This document shows, piece after piece, positions 1-14,300 of a stretch of DNA of 64,000 nucleotides; position 1 is the first letter of the stretch; each line of letters starts with the position of its first letter. Position numbers and translations under genes: made by a program. The DNA is from Callorhinchus milii. Its lineage: Eukaryota. The notes under the pieces were generated by a model. That model ran no database searches. It was not told where the DNA came from and saw nothing but the letters and a program-made list of their open reading frames with translations. The stretch covers positions 76,882,001 through 76,946,000 of the forward strand of contig NW_024704743.1 of the NCBI RefSeq assembly GCF_018977255.1, in the 5' to 3' direction.

Positions 1-78
1 ACTGCCTGTTTTCAGCAGGGAAGCTAGGACTATAAATTGACATCCATCAGCCCAGTATTCAGGTCAGGTGGATTGAAG

Positions 79-227
79 TGACCAATTTAATATTGTTTTT
101 TTTCTTGAGAAATTATTATCCGGCGTGTGGAGTAAGGAAACTTACCCAAGGTTTTGCTCTGCCGGCAATCGAACCCAGATCTCTCGCTTGTGAGGCGAGT
201 GCTCTAACCCCTGAGCTACAGGACTCA
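79..227 (-). mobile_element. Deu-type SINE 5' half
   Basis: GAGTCCTGTAGCTCAG head on the minus strand. Confidence 0.82.
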
Positions 228-1004
228 GTTGTTTTAATCAACATACCAATGGTGCATTTTTGACCTATAAGAAAAAACATTGTAGTAATTGTACACGTTC
301 TACCTGTCTTTGGATTGGTTTTATTTAAGTCTGCAACTGCCATTTTCAAATTTAGACAATTCTGATGTAGCCCACATTGAGGTGGTACATTTGGATTAAA
401 ATTACTGGACACTCCTTCTTAGTGCAATTTCAAAGTTTAACAATATTTTAACAAAAATACATCAAGAGAACCTGCCACCAATCCATGAATGGGATTGAAT
501 TTAGGAGGAAGCTGAAAGGGACCTTTGGTTTTCAGCTGACTCATTTTTCACCGTGTCCAAATAGAGTGCATAGCAATAAACAAGCAGGACAAGCAAACTG
601 GGCTATATTGCCAAATCGGTTCAATTTAAATCCCCATAAATCATGCTCAAACTGTACAACTTTGGTCAAACCTCATTTGAATTTCTGTGACATCCCAAAT
701 ACATTAAATTGCAGTAATTGAGTGTTTTGTGGGCGAATGCAATACATGAGGTTTTGTCAGGATTAAAGACCTATCTTTTTCTACATTCACTGTCCAGTTC
801 CTTAATTCAAAAACATGGGTCATGTTTCGTCTCCATATTTTTCCATTAAGAGTAAATTTGGTTGCCTGCATGCCACAGTGACCTAAATCCTAGACTCATT
901 ATTGTCTGTTTATCAGTCTTTTTTTCTTTATTCCAAGATATAATTTCAGACATACATTATGTAATACATATTTATTGAACGTGGCATTTCATAGAAAAGT
1001 CTTC

Positions 1005-1347
1005 TTGCCCATGGCCTTGTCCCCTCCTACATCTCCAACCTGCTGACCCCTTATCAACCTGTCCGCTCCCTCTGCTCAGCAGGCCTGCTGCATGGCCCCC
1101 ACCCAGCCCGCTCCACCATCGGAGGTCGGGCCTGCCCCCTCTGGAACTTCATCCCACACTTCCTTCGCCTCACTCTCTGCTTCCTTCAAGCACTCCTCCA
1201 GATCTCCTCTTCGAACGTGCCTTCATCCACCCTCCTACCCTCTGTTCCCTGCCCCCCCCCCCCCTCCCCGGTCCTAAGCCCTGACTGTTCAGAGCCTTGG
1301 GACGTTCTCCCAATGTGAAAGGTGCTTTACAAATGTAATTTTGTATT
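1005..1347 (+). mobile_element. L2 LINE 3' end
   Basis: HGL.PSY..NLL remnant; CCTTGGGACGTTCTCCCAATGTGAAAGG tail. Confidence 0.8.
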
Positions 1348-1979
1348 ATATATAGGTCTCCCGTTGCCATTCATTCTTTATTGAGCAAGATCTATGATCT
1401 GTATGGATCAGTGAACTTTCAAATCAGTGCTCCATTGTAAGCTCCAAATCAATCATCCAATGTTGAAAATGGATAATTGAATAGTTTTCTATTGCAGAAG
1501 AGTTATAGCATGTTTTCCATTAAAACTATGTGGCAAAGTGTACATTATTTCCTTATAACAAATGGAAATTACAAATAGACGATAGGAAGCAAAACTGGCT
1601 GAACAGTGGGAAGGATATAATCAGTTAATTGGATCCAGGTGATGTGAACAGGTCTTTGTATGGATAATCTATCATTTTGCATCAGTGATTTGCTGTGCAT
1701 TGTGTTTACATTATTGAAATACTGGGATGAGCTCCACAAGCTAATTTCCTTGTTTCAACTGTGCTATCATGGAGTGTGAAACTTGTCTACAGGGAAAAAG
1801 CAAAAATATCAAGTTTGAGTTAACCTAATCTTCTGTCAGGCTGTCTCATAGGAGACTCATCTACTTGGGCATAAAACGTACTATAAAAAATGTCTTTTCC
1901 ATTTTCCACTTGAGACAATCTATATCTGGCTTGGTTGGAAAGACATTTGTGAAGATGAACAATGACAAAGCTTCACCAC

Positions 1980-2000
1980 TTTATTCACAAAATTTTTATT
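1980..2000 (-). terminator. Tandem AATAAA polyadenylation signals
   Basis: tttatt at 1995-2000 and 1980-1985 on the plus strand, ~210-230 nt downstream of the stop codon. Confidence 0.65.
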
Positions 2001-2211
2001 CAAAATAATCACATGTGCATAACTGCATAAAAAACATGAAAATACAGCTTATAAAGGAACACTTATGAAGATCATATTCTGATATTTTGTTCATGCAAGG
2101 CCTCTTCATTTACAACTCCTGTTGCCACTTTCAAGCAATACTGGACATTACATAGGCACAGAAATGTTCAACCAGCTGGCGATATAAATTCATCTGAATT
2201 TCCAAGGGCTT

Positions 2212-2380
2212 CTATTGCCACCTTAAATTTTTCTTCACTTTCAAGACTGTATAAATGTCATTCTGAAACATAGTAATGAAAAAAGGACCAGGTGCCTTAG
2301 AAAGAATCGTGCACAGGGGAATTCTGTTGGCATTTTGGGGATCTTCCACATCCCATATCTCCGGCATGCTGCAGCCAGGT
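2212..2380 (-). CDS. DPY19L1: exon 22 coding part ([14 protein letters not shown]...[11 protein letters not shown])
   Basis: tatacag acceptor; in-frame TAG at 2214-2212. Confidence 0.96.
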
Positions 2381-5300
2381 CTGTATAAAGGAACAATGTA
2401 ATCAATTAAACTTGAAAAGAAATGCTGTTGGAGATAATTTTACAGTAGCCCACCTTTCGTCAAAATACATTTAGTAGCAGAGTATAGTGTACATTTATAA
2501 GCAACCGAGTACACATTAGACTGAACCAATCCCCCCCAAAACAAAGGTCACAACTTTTAAGTTTTTCAAACAATGGAGCAACAAGTTAAACTATTGGGGT
2601 TGAATTGGGTTTTAATAGCAAACAGCAACAGACAACAGAACAAATCCTACTGACATTGTAAACTTAGTGGCATTCAATAGACGGGCATATTTTGGTCTAG
2701 CTTAATAAAATTCTCCAATTTGTAAGTATGGAATGTTTTTCACTATAATCTGTAGAGTGAGGAGCCCTGTAGCTTAGTGAGTTGTGTGAGTTATTATAGT
2801 GAGTTGCTATGACTGGTAAGATACACACAAGATGAAATTCTACTGTAAAGGATATTATCCAAAAAAGCTTCTTATGGGATTAGGACATGATCCAAAAAGG
2901 GCTGGGGAAAAAACATCAAGCTCACAGAATCTATGTAAATTTTTCCTTAGTTGTGTGAAACAGACAAATGCATATACCATACAACAACAAGAATACAGTT
3001 GTAAAGTGCCTTTCATGTCGAGAGGACGTCCCAAGGCGTTGGACAGTGTACAGCCTACAGCAATTATCCTTAAATCTGTTTGTCTGCATTGGACACCAAT
3101 GGGAATTGGACACTTCTATAATACTGGCAAAAAAAGATTTGGTCAAGTGCATGTGGCAACATTGCTAAGGATGTGAAGTGCACCTCTTAGTAACTTTGTG
3201 CATATGTACACAACGTCATTGTGTACATATGTACACAACTTCATTGTGTACATATGTACACAACTTCAACATTTTTTTTTGCTGTAGTAGATTTTTTTTA
3301 TATTTACAGTACTATTAAACAGTGAAGGGAGAGTGAAAGAGATGTAGAGAGAGACTGAATGGAAGGGAAAGAAAGGCAGATTAGTAGACGGGTAGCATGA
3401 GAGAAAGAAAAGTAGGATGAAACAGGGCAGGGTGGGAATGAGAGAGAGGGAAGGCTAGGATGTGAGAGACTGTGCACGGCAGGGTGAGTGTCAAGCAGAG
3501 TGAGAGAGGCAGCAAGAGACAGAGTGAGTAAGAGAAAAAAAGGGCTGGCACAATGTGGTATTCCAGTGTCAGACAGGTACAACTCCTAATGTAAATTTTA
3601 GTTGGAACTGTAGCCAATTTGCATTTTGCATGATGTCCAAATATCCAAAATGTTTGCTTATCTGCGTTGTGGCTGTTCCCTATTAGTTTGGATAATCAGC
3701 TCTCCTCTGTAAGTTGAATAAATAACAGAATGTTTTAGTTCTTGCCTTATTTGATAAAGAGAAAAAGGAATCAAATATCTACAGAAATATTTTTTTCTCA
3801 AAGATATCATATCACAAACACAAGGTTTAAATCAAACATACTTTGTTTTTCTTGTACACCAAGAGTCTTCTAAAATAAAGTAGTTCACTCCCAAACTGAC
3901 GAGTCTATTCCTCACGTCTTCTGCTGTTTTCCGACTATACATAGCATACACTTGCTTTGTTCTGGCCCTAAGTGAGAGCAAAAAGATTTTACATCATCGT
4001 GTGGCATTATGGCAAATGAACGTTGTCTTAAAATATTTTAGGTTCACCTTATGTCCTTCTGTATAAAGGCACCACTCAGTTGCAGTACTGAGACAAACAC
4101 ATTGGAGGATTGCAGGTCAAAGCCAGATTTCTGTACAATTGTCTTTAATGCCCAGGGTTATGGAGGGACAAGATGGCCAGAATTGTTATTTATGATTAGT
4201 AGCCAAAACCCTGCTGAAAGATCAAATTGCTTCCAGTGTTTTCAAACTTTTCTTTGAGTGTTCTTAATGTGTTATACGCAGTATCATTTTGCATTTATGG
4301 TGCAATTTTGTTGTAGGAAAGAAGATAAGAGCAACCATGAATTCTTGAGATGCAGTAATAAGATCAATTTCATCTGTGTCGTGTTGCTTTATCTGAAACT
4401 TAAGTAATTCTCAAAACATCATCAACTAGATGAATGCAAAGTTAAATGTAAACTGTAATCATGGTTTTCTGTAATGACAGTATATTGAAGCCAAAGAAAC
4501 TTGCAGCATGGAGGGACTATAACTGGATGAAAATAAATTCTCAGCTCAAAACCATGTGATTCATTGGAACAAGTCAAGGCACTTTTCAACCATGGGCACA
4601 TTACATTTCTGAAATCAATGTTAGTTTGGGCAGGCAGTACAGCATTCAGTAGTAGAAGACATACCTATATGCACGAGCTACAAAATAAAAGGTCTAGGAG
4701 GTATTTAAAACATAACAACTCAGCAACTGGATTAGATAAATTACAAATTAACTTAAAACAATAATTTATAATTGTAATACTATATTCATGACCAGTAAGT
4801 AACACCCCCTTAGAGGGGGTGTAACGTAGGTTCACTAGGTTGGTTCCTGGGATGAAGGGTTGACCTACGAGGAGAGGTTGAGTAAACTAGGCCTATATTC
4901 TCTAGAATATACAAGAATTAGAGGTTATCTTATAGAAACCTATAAGATTCTTAAGGGTCTTGACAGGGTAGATAGAGCGAGACTGTTTCTCCTGGTTGGA
5001 GAATCTAAAACTAGGGGTCAGTCTCAGGATTAAAGGTCAGCCCTTTAGCGGCTAGTGAATTTATGGAATTCTCTACCCCAGAAGGCTGTGGATGCTCAGT
5101 CCTTGAACATATTCAAGACTGAGGTTGATAGATTTTTAAAAACTAAAGTGATTAAGGGATATGGGAATAGGGAGGATAAATGGAATTAGGTTAGAAGATC
5201 AGCCATGATCTTATTAACTGGCGGAGCAGGCTTGAGGGGACGAATGGCCTACTCCTACTTCTTATGCTCTTACATGAAAGACTCCTTTACAAACAGTGGT

Positions 5301-8300
5301 CACTTGATATCAAGGACAAGACATGGATTAAGAATTGGCTCAAGGAAAGAAAGCAGAGGTCTTTGTTCGGGAGCTAGGTCAAAATAGAGAGGTATAAAAT
5401 GGCATACTTCAGGGGTCTGTCCTGGTCCTTCTCCTGTTCCTCATATAAATGACCTGGATTCACAGACTCAGTGTAAAGATTGCAAAATTTGCTGATGACA
5501 ACAAATTGAGGGGAATTGGAATCAGAGAAGGCAGCAAAAGATCCCACAAAGAGAGTTTGATTGGGTTTGCACAGAAGCTAATATATGGTAAATTAATTTT
5601 AATACTGATAAATGCAAGGTACTACATATAGGATCCAAGAATAGGAAACACAAGAACTCCATGGATAGGATACAACTTACCAAGGGGGAAGCTGTAAGAG
5701 ATCTTGGGGTGTTAGCTGACTCGTTGCTCACTATATCAAAAAAAGGGTCAGGATATGCAGGGCTATGCGCTAAATCAGTTGATTTTAGATTTCTAGATGT
5801 CACAATCAGGTTGTATTGTGCTATGGTCAGACTGGACCTAGAGTACTACATACAGTTCTGCTCAGTGACATAAGAGGGCTGCCTAGGCCCTAAGAGGAGG
5901 GCAATGAGGATGAGACAGATCTTGAAGGAGGAGAGGGTGCAAGGCGAAGGGATTCTGGGATGGAGTTCCAGAGGGTGGGGACAGAAAGGCTGGAGACCTG
6001 ACCGCCGATTGTGGGGGACATGAAGCAGGCCAGTGCCCACTGCGCAGAGGGAGCAGGCAGGTTGGTAAGGCATTAGTAGGTCGCAGACATAGGGAGCAAG
6101 ACCGTGGATGGCTTTAAAAGAGCGAGGATCTTAAACTTGACCCTATGGAGGCTGGGGCGCCACTGGAGGCAGGGGAGGATGGGGAAATTGGCTAATGGAA
6201 TTTGGTGCGGGATAGGACACGAGCTGCAGAGTAGCACAGATATGGGATTTGTGGGGTTTAAAGGACAGTCGAGCATCGAATAAGACACCAAGATTCCGTA
6301 CTGGTTCAGTGAGGTAGAGTGTGCATCCATGAAATAGTGCTGCTGTCAGCGCCCGAGGTGAAAAGGCGCTGCTGAAGGGAGCCAAGTAGGAGGGCCTCCA
6401 TCTTGTTGACATTCAACTGGAGAAAGTTGGCTCTCATCTAGGACTTGATGTCTGACAGACAATCCGTCAGGATAGCAGTGGCTCTGGAGTTGAGGGTGCA
6501 GGCACAGAGAGAGAGAAAGAGTTGAGAGAGAGAAAGATAGCTCCACATACAGGTAGGTGGAAGTTAACCCCATGCCTGTGAATGATATCACTGAGCAAGA
6601 GAATGTAAATATTAAAGAGAGGGCCAAGGACAGAGCCCTGAGCTCTGGGGAAAGTCACACGTGATGATGCGAGGGCTGGAGAAGCCATTACTAGATATAA
6701 AGTGGTAACGATGGGAAATGTAAGAGTGAAACCAGGCAAGGACAAACCATGAAAGTGGAGCTGAGAAGAGAGGCGATGGAGAAGAGAGTAGTCTACAGTG
6801 TCAAAGGTGGCAGAGAGATCGAGAAGGACTAAGAGACAGAGAGAACCATGGTCACAAATGGATGACTTAGAGGGAACCCCATAGATGTATAAAATGTTAA
6901 ATGGGATTGAAAAAGTAAACCAGGATCAATACTTTAGGATGCACCATGACAGTGGAACAAGAGGACATAGATTTAGAATTGTAAAGGGCAATTTCAGGAC
7001 CGATATCTTGAAAATTTTCTTTACCCAGAGGGTAATTAATGATGGAGCAGGTGGTCAGGAAGGGTGGTTGAGGCCAGGATACTGGACTCATTTAAAAAGT
7101 AGGTTGTTGATGTGATGTGATTGGGGACAGGAGGGTGGGTATTCTGGAGGAATGATGTAGAATGGGCTGGGCTTTATTCATCCAAATCGATCTTTTGATG
7201 TCCTCTTGTTCTACTGTCTTGCTGCAAACCTGATGTTATTTTGATGACAACTGAGGGATAAAAAAACTGGTGACAACTAACCTTAGCCCTGCATCTTCAT
7301 AATGTGGATGATTTACAACAGGCCGTCCTGTAGACAACTTAACACTTGCCATTGTAGGCATTGCTCCGGCAAACACGGCATCTGTAATGTTAGCAATGTG
7401 TAATCTGGTGTGTCATTGTATTAGATTTACTAATGTGTACATTTTGTACATTTAAAAAGCTAGTGCTCTTCAATTTCAAAATAAAGTGAAACGTAACTAA
7501 ACCCTTGAGCGGGCTAGGATTTTCTCTTGATAGCAGACACACATTTGACAAAACATGCATTAAAATTGTGTTTGTATTATGATGAACCATGTTTTAATTG
7601 CACGAATAGACTGGAAATGGAGACACCTTTGGGTCTATGAATGAAGTAGATTACAACATACTTCTGTTCTCCAACTTTCCGCGTCAACTTCATTAATTCT
7701 TCTAATGCATATACTTAATACATGTGTTCTAAGCTCTGCATTTGAACGCTACATCCCATTCTTACTCTGGCCTCTTTAATAATAATAATAAATATTGAAT
7801 TTGATGTAGTACCTTTCAAATTGGGAGTCACAGGGGTGTTGAAATCCAAAATTATCAATAATTAGCACTGAAGTTGTGCTGATAATTATCACACTGAATC
7901 TGGTATGAAATGTCACAAATTTCCCCCCAAATTTCCCATCATCAAACTTTCAGGCCTGCAGTGGGAGTAACTAGCATAGTGGGTCATACAGCGCCTTGGG
8001 ACATCCTCCTGAGGTAAAAAGCGCTAAACAAATGAAATTTGTGGTTATGATGCTGTCTTTTCACTTCTAGGATTTGGTTTTGATTCCATTCAAAATGTTG
8101 GGCAAAAGATCTCTCTCTGCTGGTTCTGAGAAGTTTGAATTGAATTGCATTTGGGCAGTTTGCAGGTTCATAGCACACAGTTGCTATCAATTTTGTGCAA
8201 AGTGGCAACCTCAGTCAGAGAGGTCAAAAGATGAGAAATAGAAAGGTGCTTTTTGGGCTCTGGCAATTGTTGAGGCTAGCAAGAAGGGCTCTATAATTGA

Positions 8301-11300
8301 CTGTCCTATACCTGCCTTCGGAGAGAATGATACGGTCACTGGATGCCTGAAACAGAAAAACATTCCATTCCCAAGCACTAATATTCTTAACCATTTTTAT
8401 ACCATTTGTAATATTGAAATGTCAATAAGTATTGCAGCTAGACATATAAATTAGCTCCACGACAGATGATTACAACACAACAACTTGCACTTATATAGCA
8501 CCCTCCACGCAGAGTAGCGTCTCAGAGCATTTAAAAGTGGCGGAGCCTGACTCCGAGCTAGGGGAAGGGGGGAGGTGGCTGTAAGCACGGTCGCAGAGAA
8601 AAGTTTTCAGGCAGGACTTGAAAGAGATTAAAATGTATACAACAACAACATGCATTTTTATAGCATAGTGTCTGGTAGTGTCGCGGAGTGCGTTAATTTC
8701 TGGAGATTTGGGCTGGAACAGGGACTGAGAGAAGAATAGCAAAGTAATCCCAGCCCCACTCAATAATATGCTCACGTGACACTTTTGGAGAAAATGTACT
8801 TTGAACGTACTTTCAGCTTAGCCTACGGTATTTTAAAGCAAAATAATTTTTAAAACGTCTTAAATCAGAAGCCAACTTTATAACTTACTCTGTTTAGTAT
8901 TTTCTTTGATCCACTCTAATAGTTCTTCCTGGGGGAAATTACTAAACTCTCCCATGATGCTCCATTGAGCCCTCAGGTTTATTGTTCCCTGGATAGCCAT
9001 TGCTGCTAGTATTCCACACACAATTATTTGGTGACGCCATTTCGTTGTAATCCAGCCAAAAAGCTTTAGAAAAGGAGAGCAGGGGTAAAAAAGAAAATGT
9101 AAGACATCACATTCCAGCACATCTACTCTTGCATTGCCGAACAGCATAAGGAATATGAGAGAAAGCAAAGAAAAATGGTTCAAAAAGGGATCCTGGATAG
9201 AAATAATCAGGTCTATTATGTACAAACCACGTGTAATAATAATAATCCTTGCATTTGATATAGTGCCTATCATTTCTTCGAGACGCCTCAAAGTGGTTAG
9301 CAGAACATACTATACTGTAAACTGAATTGACTAAATTTTGTGGGCAAAGTGCAGCAGCCAATTATGCACAGCAATGTCCCTCAAACAGGCATGGATTGAA
9401 TGACCAAATTAATATTTTTTTTGAAGGAATTATTACCCCGGAAAAGCGAACCACCAATCTACTAACAACCGGGTTCCTACTTACTTCTTGGAAAACAGAG
9501 GCATATTGGAGTAAGGAAAATTGCCCAGGGTTTCGCCCTGCCCAGGAATCGAACCCAGGTCTCTCGCTTGTGAGGCGAGTCTCTAACCACTGAGCTACAG
9601 GACTCTACAATTACAGGTGTACAAAGGGAATTATAGGAATTACCCTTAACTTATGATTAAAAATAAAAATGAGTAAAGTTACAATTAATAATGTGTCCTT
9701 TTCATTTATTGTTAATTGGATAACCCAAGAAAATATGCAATTCCCTTTGTGCATATATATTAAACATGGCTTACACTTGATGTGCCATTGACCCAATTGC
9801 ATGTAAATGGTTCTCATTCAACAACAACAAATTGCATGTATATAATGGCTTCACATTGGGAGGACATCCCAAGCGGCCGAATCATAAGTAATCACAAAAG
9901 TGTATGATTTCACAAACCTTGTGAGAAGTTAATCTGGTAAATGTATGGAAACTAAACATTAAAGCTTCTCATACAAAGCATGTCTTCAGCCATGATACCT
10001 GCACTACAAAACACCTATGGCCTAAAAAATATGTTCCTGAATGGTTGCTTGCAATTGCAGATTGTGAATTGATGGGACCAGATCATAAGGCAACAGTTCA
10101 GAAATGACCACTAAATATATTTTTACTGAAATAAATTAAAAACACCCGAATTTGCCTTAAGTATTGCTAGAGTGTCTTTAAGTTGTTTTTAGTTTACATT
10201 TTTAAAAATAAAGAGATGGAGTAGTAAATAACAAAGTAGAGGTTGTAATGTTAATCCCAACAATAAAATATATTTTACCTGTCTGGAACAAATTAGAGAG
10301 GCCATGACACACATATGAGGTGTCAAGAAAAGTTTGAGTCTCATGATGAGAATAGCCAGGACTGCAAATGCTAGTAATTGAAAAGCATGATAGACAACCT
10401 GTAGAGAAACAAAAACACATCTTAATTGTGATTTATAAGCAAAGTGACTTTATTAAAATGTTCTATAGTCTGACCTACTAGTACAAACATTTCTAAAGAT
10501 AGCAATTATTCCGCTGAATCGTTATAATTTCAAATATTCAAAGCAACTAATTGTGTGAAGCATTTTCAGACATTTTAGCATAAAGAACTGCAATATCAAA
10601 TGGAAATACTATATATTATTAAGCTTAGAGCTACTGCTTGATAACAATCTGTTATTTTTTCATGAACAATGTCGGGGTCTGAGACTGCTCCAGAATCAGC
10701 AGATTGCTTTTGTACGTTTGAAGTGTAAATATGGGCCAAAGATTGAAGGAAGGCTTTTTGTATGCCAACAATACTCAGTTTATTCTTAATGTTGCTGTGG
10801 AAATGACAGGAAAGGACACCGGTCTGTTTATCAGTATGAAAAGTATCATTGTGGAGAGAACTGCAATCAAGGAACTATGTGTAGATCAGCACATTGACTA
10901 CTGCTTCCTCTGTATGGCTCCTCTATTTTCTTTTGAGAATGAGTGGAAACAGAAGGAGAGCAGAAATGTTTCTCCTTTAAGAGTTGGAAAGCTCTGGAAC
11001 AAACATTTTTTTCTTTTCAAGAAATCCATTTCCAACAGATAATACTTGCACATTTGACTGGACTGCCCCAGGTTTAGGTAATTTGCTATTGTGCTAATCA
11101 CAGCCAATAGATGTTGAGGGAGGCGAACAGAAACCATCCACAAATTCTGGGTCATTGAACAGGATGCTCTAACACTTGGATCCTACAGTTTTTTAAAGAA
11201 GGGTCCCTGGAGCTGTGGTCTCTTGAGCACCAACTTCTTCAAAGGCTTTAATCAAAATACCTAAATCTATAGGAGTCTTTCTGTTTTTAGTGGTAAAACA

Positions 11301-14300
11301 ATGAACACGTCTCTCCAGCAGAGAAGGCAGTGTTTTCCTCTAATAATAGGGTTCTATTGATTTGAGGTTTCTGACTCAAACCAGTTATGCTTCCTTACAG
11401 AATCTGTCAGTGGTTGGTGATTCAACTTTGAGTGGCTCATGTCTGAGTTTGAGATTAGTGGGTTCAAACTCAGTACTTTGAAACGACTGTACTGCCCGTC
11501 TAGACTACTTGAGATAAAATACCTGAAGAAGAGCTTTACCTCACAACCTTTTGAGTGAAAGGCATGAGTGCTATCAACTGAGCCATGCTGACACCAAAGT
11601 GTTCCAGACTTTGACCAACATGTTACACTGGTTTGAGAGATGTCGTCACAATGCTGACATTCACCGGGTTTTTCGACGCTGGCCTTTTTTGGTGCTGAAA
11701 ATGTCATTAAATGCCGGTACTGGTGATTGTAAATAAACTTTCTTCTACTCATGGGATTCAAACTGAGTGAAAGTCGGTATCCCTGGCCGTTGAAGGCCAG
11801 TTAGCAGTGTAAACTGGTAGGGGGGTGGGCGGGGTACAAATTCTGGATACCTGGAGATACTGCGTGTAAGCTGGGAGTTTACTGTTACGGGAGTATTTAA
11901 TGACATGTATTGTTATTGAGCAATACATGTTAACAGATATGTATTACTATGATTTCCAGAAGTATGACTTTAAGTATCAAAATAATATCAAAAATAATTC
12001 TGAAAAGTTCATCGATTATGTGAAAAGTGTTTTACCTCTCCATGTTGTGCAGTTTTCTTTCTATAAAAAAATAAAAAATAATTACTAAGTAACACAATTT
12101 TATAAACCGTTATTGGTACTAAAGTGGAGTCCTGTAGTGGAGTGCTGTAGCTCAGTTTTGCAAGTGAGAGACCGGAGTTCAATTCCAGACAGGGCGAAAC
12201 CTTGGGCAAGTTTTCTTACTCCACACACCTAATAATAATCCCTCCAAAACAAAAAGCAATAATAAATTGGTCATTTTCAATCTACGACTGTTTGTGGGAC
12301 ATTGCTGTGCGCAATTGGCTGCCGCGTTCACCCACAAATATACAGTCAATTCACTTTACAGTATATTCTGTGAAGCGCTTTGGGACGTCTAGAAGACGTG
12401 AAAAGCGCTATATCAAATGCAAGGATTATTATTATTATTAAAGTATGATTAGATTATGGTACTATATTGAAATTATGACTTTGAAGGAATTTATTTGGGG
12501 TAAATTATCTTTTTGTCATAATTCAATGACAATGTTAATTACTATACTGTCACTTATTAATCAGTTAATTGAAAGTGATATAGTATATGAAAGCCTAATT
12601 CATATCCTAACAGTAGATTAGTCTACTTACACTGTATCTGTTGGTTGATTCTGATGTTCTTCTTTTAAATATTCCAGTAATTCCTTCAGTGTCTGTAAAT
12701 AAGAAACCAAATGGTGAGTTAGCGTGTCTTGAAACTTTTAATATTTTCTTTCAAGATTTGGTTCAAAAAGCTAAATTAATAAGCACACAAAATACAACTG
12801 ATGAAAAATCTTTTAAACTCCTATACTGAAAAGGGAGGGACCTAAATTTAAAACGATTTGAGAACTAACTATTATAACAAATCCATTTCACATTTTAGAT
12901 TAGATTTAAATATTAAATGAATAGTATATTCTTAATTAAGGATTCCAGTAACATTTTACATACCATTAACTAAAAATATAGTGCACAAATTGTCATTTTA
13001 TTTTATTGCCTCAATGAATGACAAGATTTTACATACATAGATCTGTGGGTTCCATAACTATAACATTCAAACTGACATCGCTTGCACTTGCTCATTCGTC
13101 TACATTAGCATTAGCAGCATCTATACTCCAATGCACACTGCTGTCATTATGACTCAACGAACAAATACTTCAGCCTGCTTAAGTGCTGTGAAGTTTGGAA
13201 GGAACAAAGGAAAGTTTGCAGAAGCAGTATTAAAACCTTTGCATTTGATATAACATGTATAATGTTAAAACATCTTAAATCACTTCCGAGGTAATTGTCC
13301 TGAAGTGTAGCGATTGTGTGTTAGTAGGCAAACATAACAGTCAATTTGGACATAGCAAAATCCCACAAATCTTGGTAGTCCGGTTCCTGAGCCAGGCAAG
13401 TCCTCAGTATTCCAGGGCACCACTGATGACAGCACAGCCTGCCTGGCTCATTGGCAGGACCTACAAGTGCAGACCAGTCACAGGGGCAGGGAGTCACTCA
13501 GCTCCTGTTAACCCTACAAGCCAAAGCCCTAATGGGTAGGGTGGTCGCAGCTTGTCAAGCAGTGGGAAAGCTTGCCGGACAGCAATATCAATGGCAAGCT
13601 ATGCAGTTTTAGCTGGTTAGACTCCAGCAGTACCCCAATGCACACTCTGGGGTCCCCAAGCGTTGGCTCTTGTCAACCTGCGCCCAATACTTTCCAGAAT
13701 TAGGTAAGGTGTCCCTCCATGGAAAGAGTGCAGATTTGATTCCAGCAATTCATCTCTGTGATTTCCATGTGTAGGTGGAATGCATGGAATTCTCAGCTTG
13801 GTTTGGATACTGGATTTCCGCATGTGTCATAGACACCCGGCTGTCCCCAAAAAACAGGACTCCAAAAATGCAGCACTCTCCCAGTAAGGGAGCAGTGGGT
13901 GACTCTGCCTAGACTGTGAGCATCAAGTCCTGATATTCTTCTTGAAGATAATAGGAGGAATATCATTGAGACAGGAGGTCTTATTTAAATCCATGGAGCC
14001 AAGGATAATATAGGCTTGGTGAGACAGAACTTAATGTTAGTCATATAGTCCCAAACTGTAAAGGCATTATGTGGGAAGGGAGCATTGAATATTTGCCAAT
14101 TGGGAGTAAAAGAGGCAGCTTTAGGAAGTGGCCAAAAGAATGTGAAGGAGGCAAGAAAATACCAGTTGATGTTTCTTTTTAATAATGTTACATTTTGGAC
14201 TTGCAGAGAATACAAGCAAGTTACCTACATTGTATGAACAGCAAACAGAAGGAAGCACCAGGGATGGGTAGCATTAAAAGACAATGCAGTATGTTGGGGA

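Noticed and set aside
3196..3268. CRISPR-like palindromic repeat array
   Set aside because: Eukaryotic context, only 5-bp near-identical linkers, no unique spacers and no cas genes.
3600..3711. Possible Tigger-like element ending GGATAATCAGCTCTCCTCTGTA
   Set aside because: Only one TIR-like end is visible and no matching left end could be defined.
11538..11595. Apparent minus-strand exon ending GAG|GTAAAG between exons 17 and 18
   Set aside because: It resembles an old SINE head (GGCTCAGTTGATAGCACTC); the real HGE exon is at 12036-12060.
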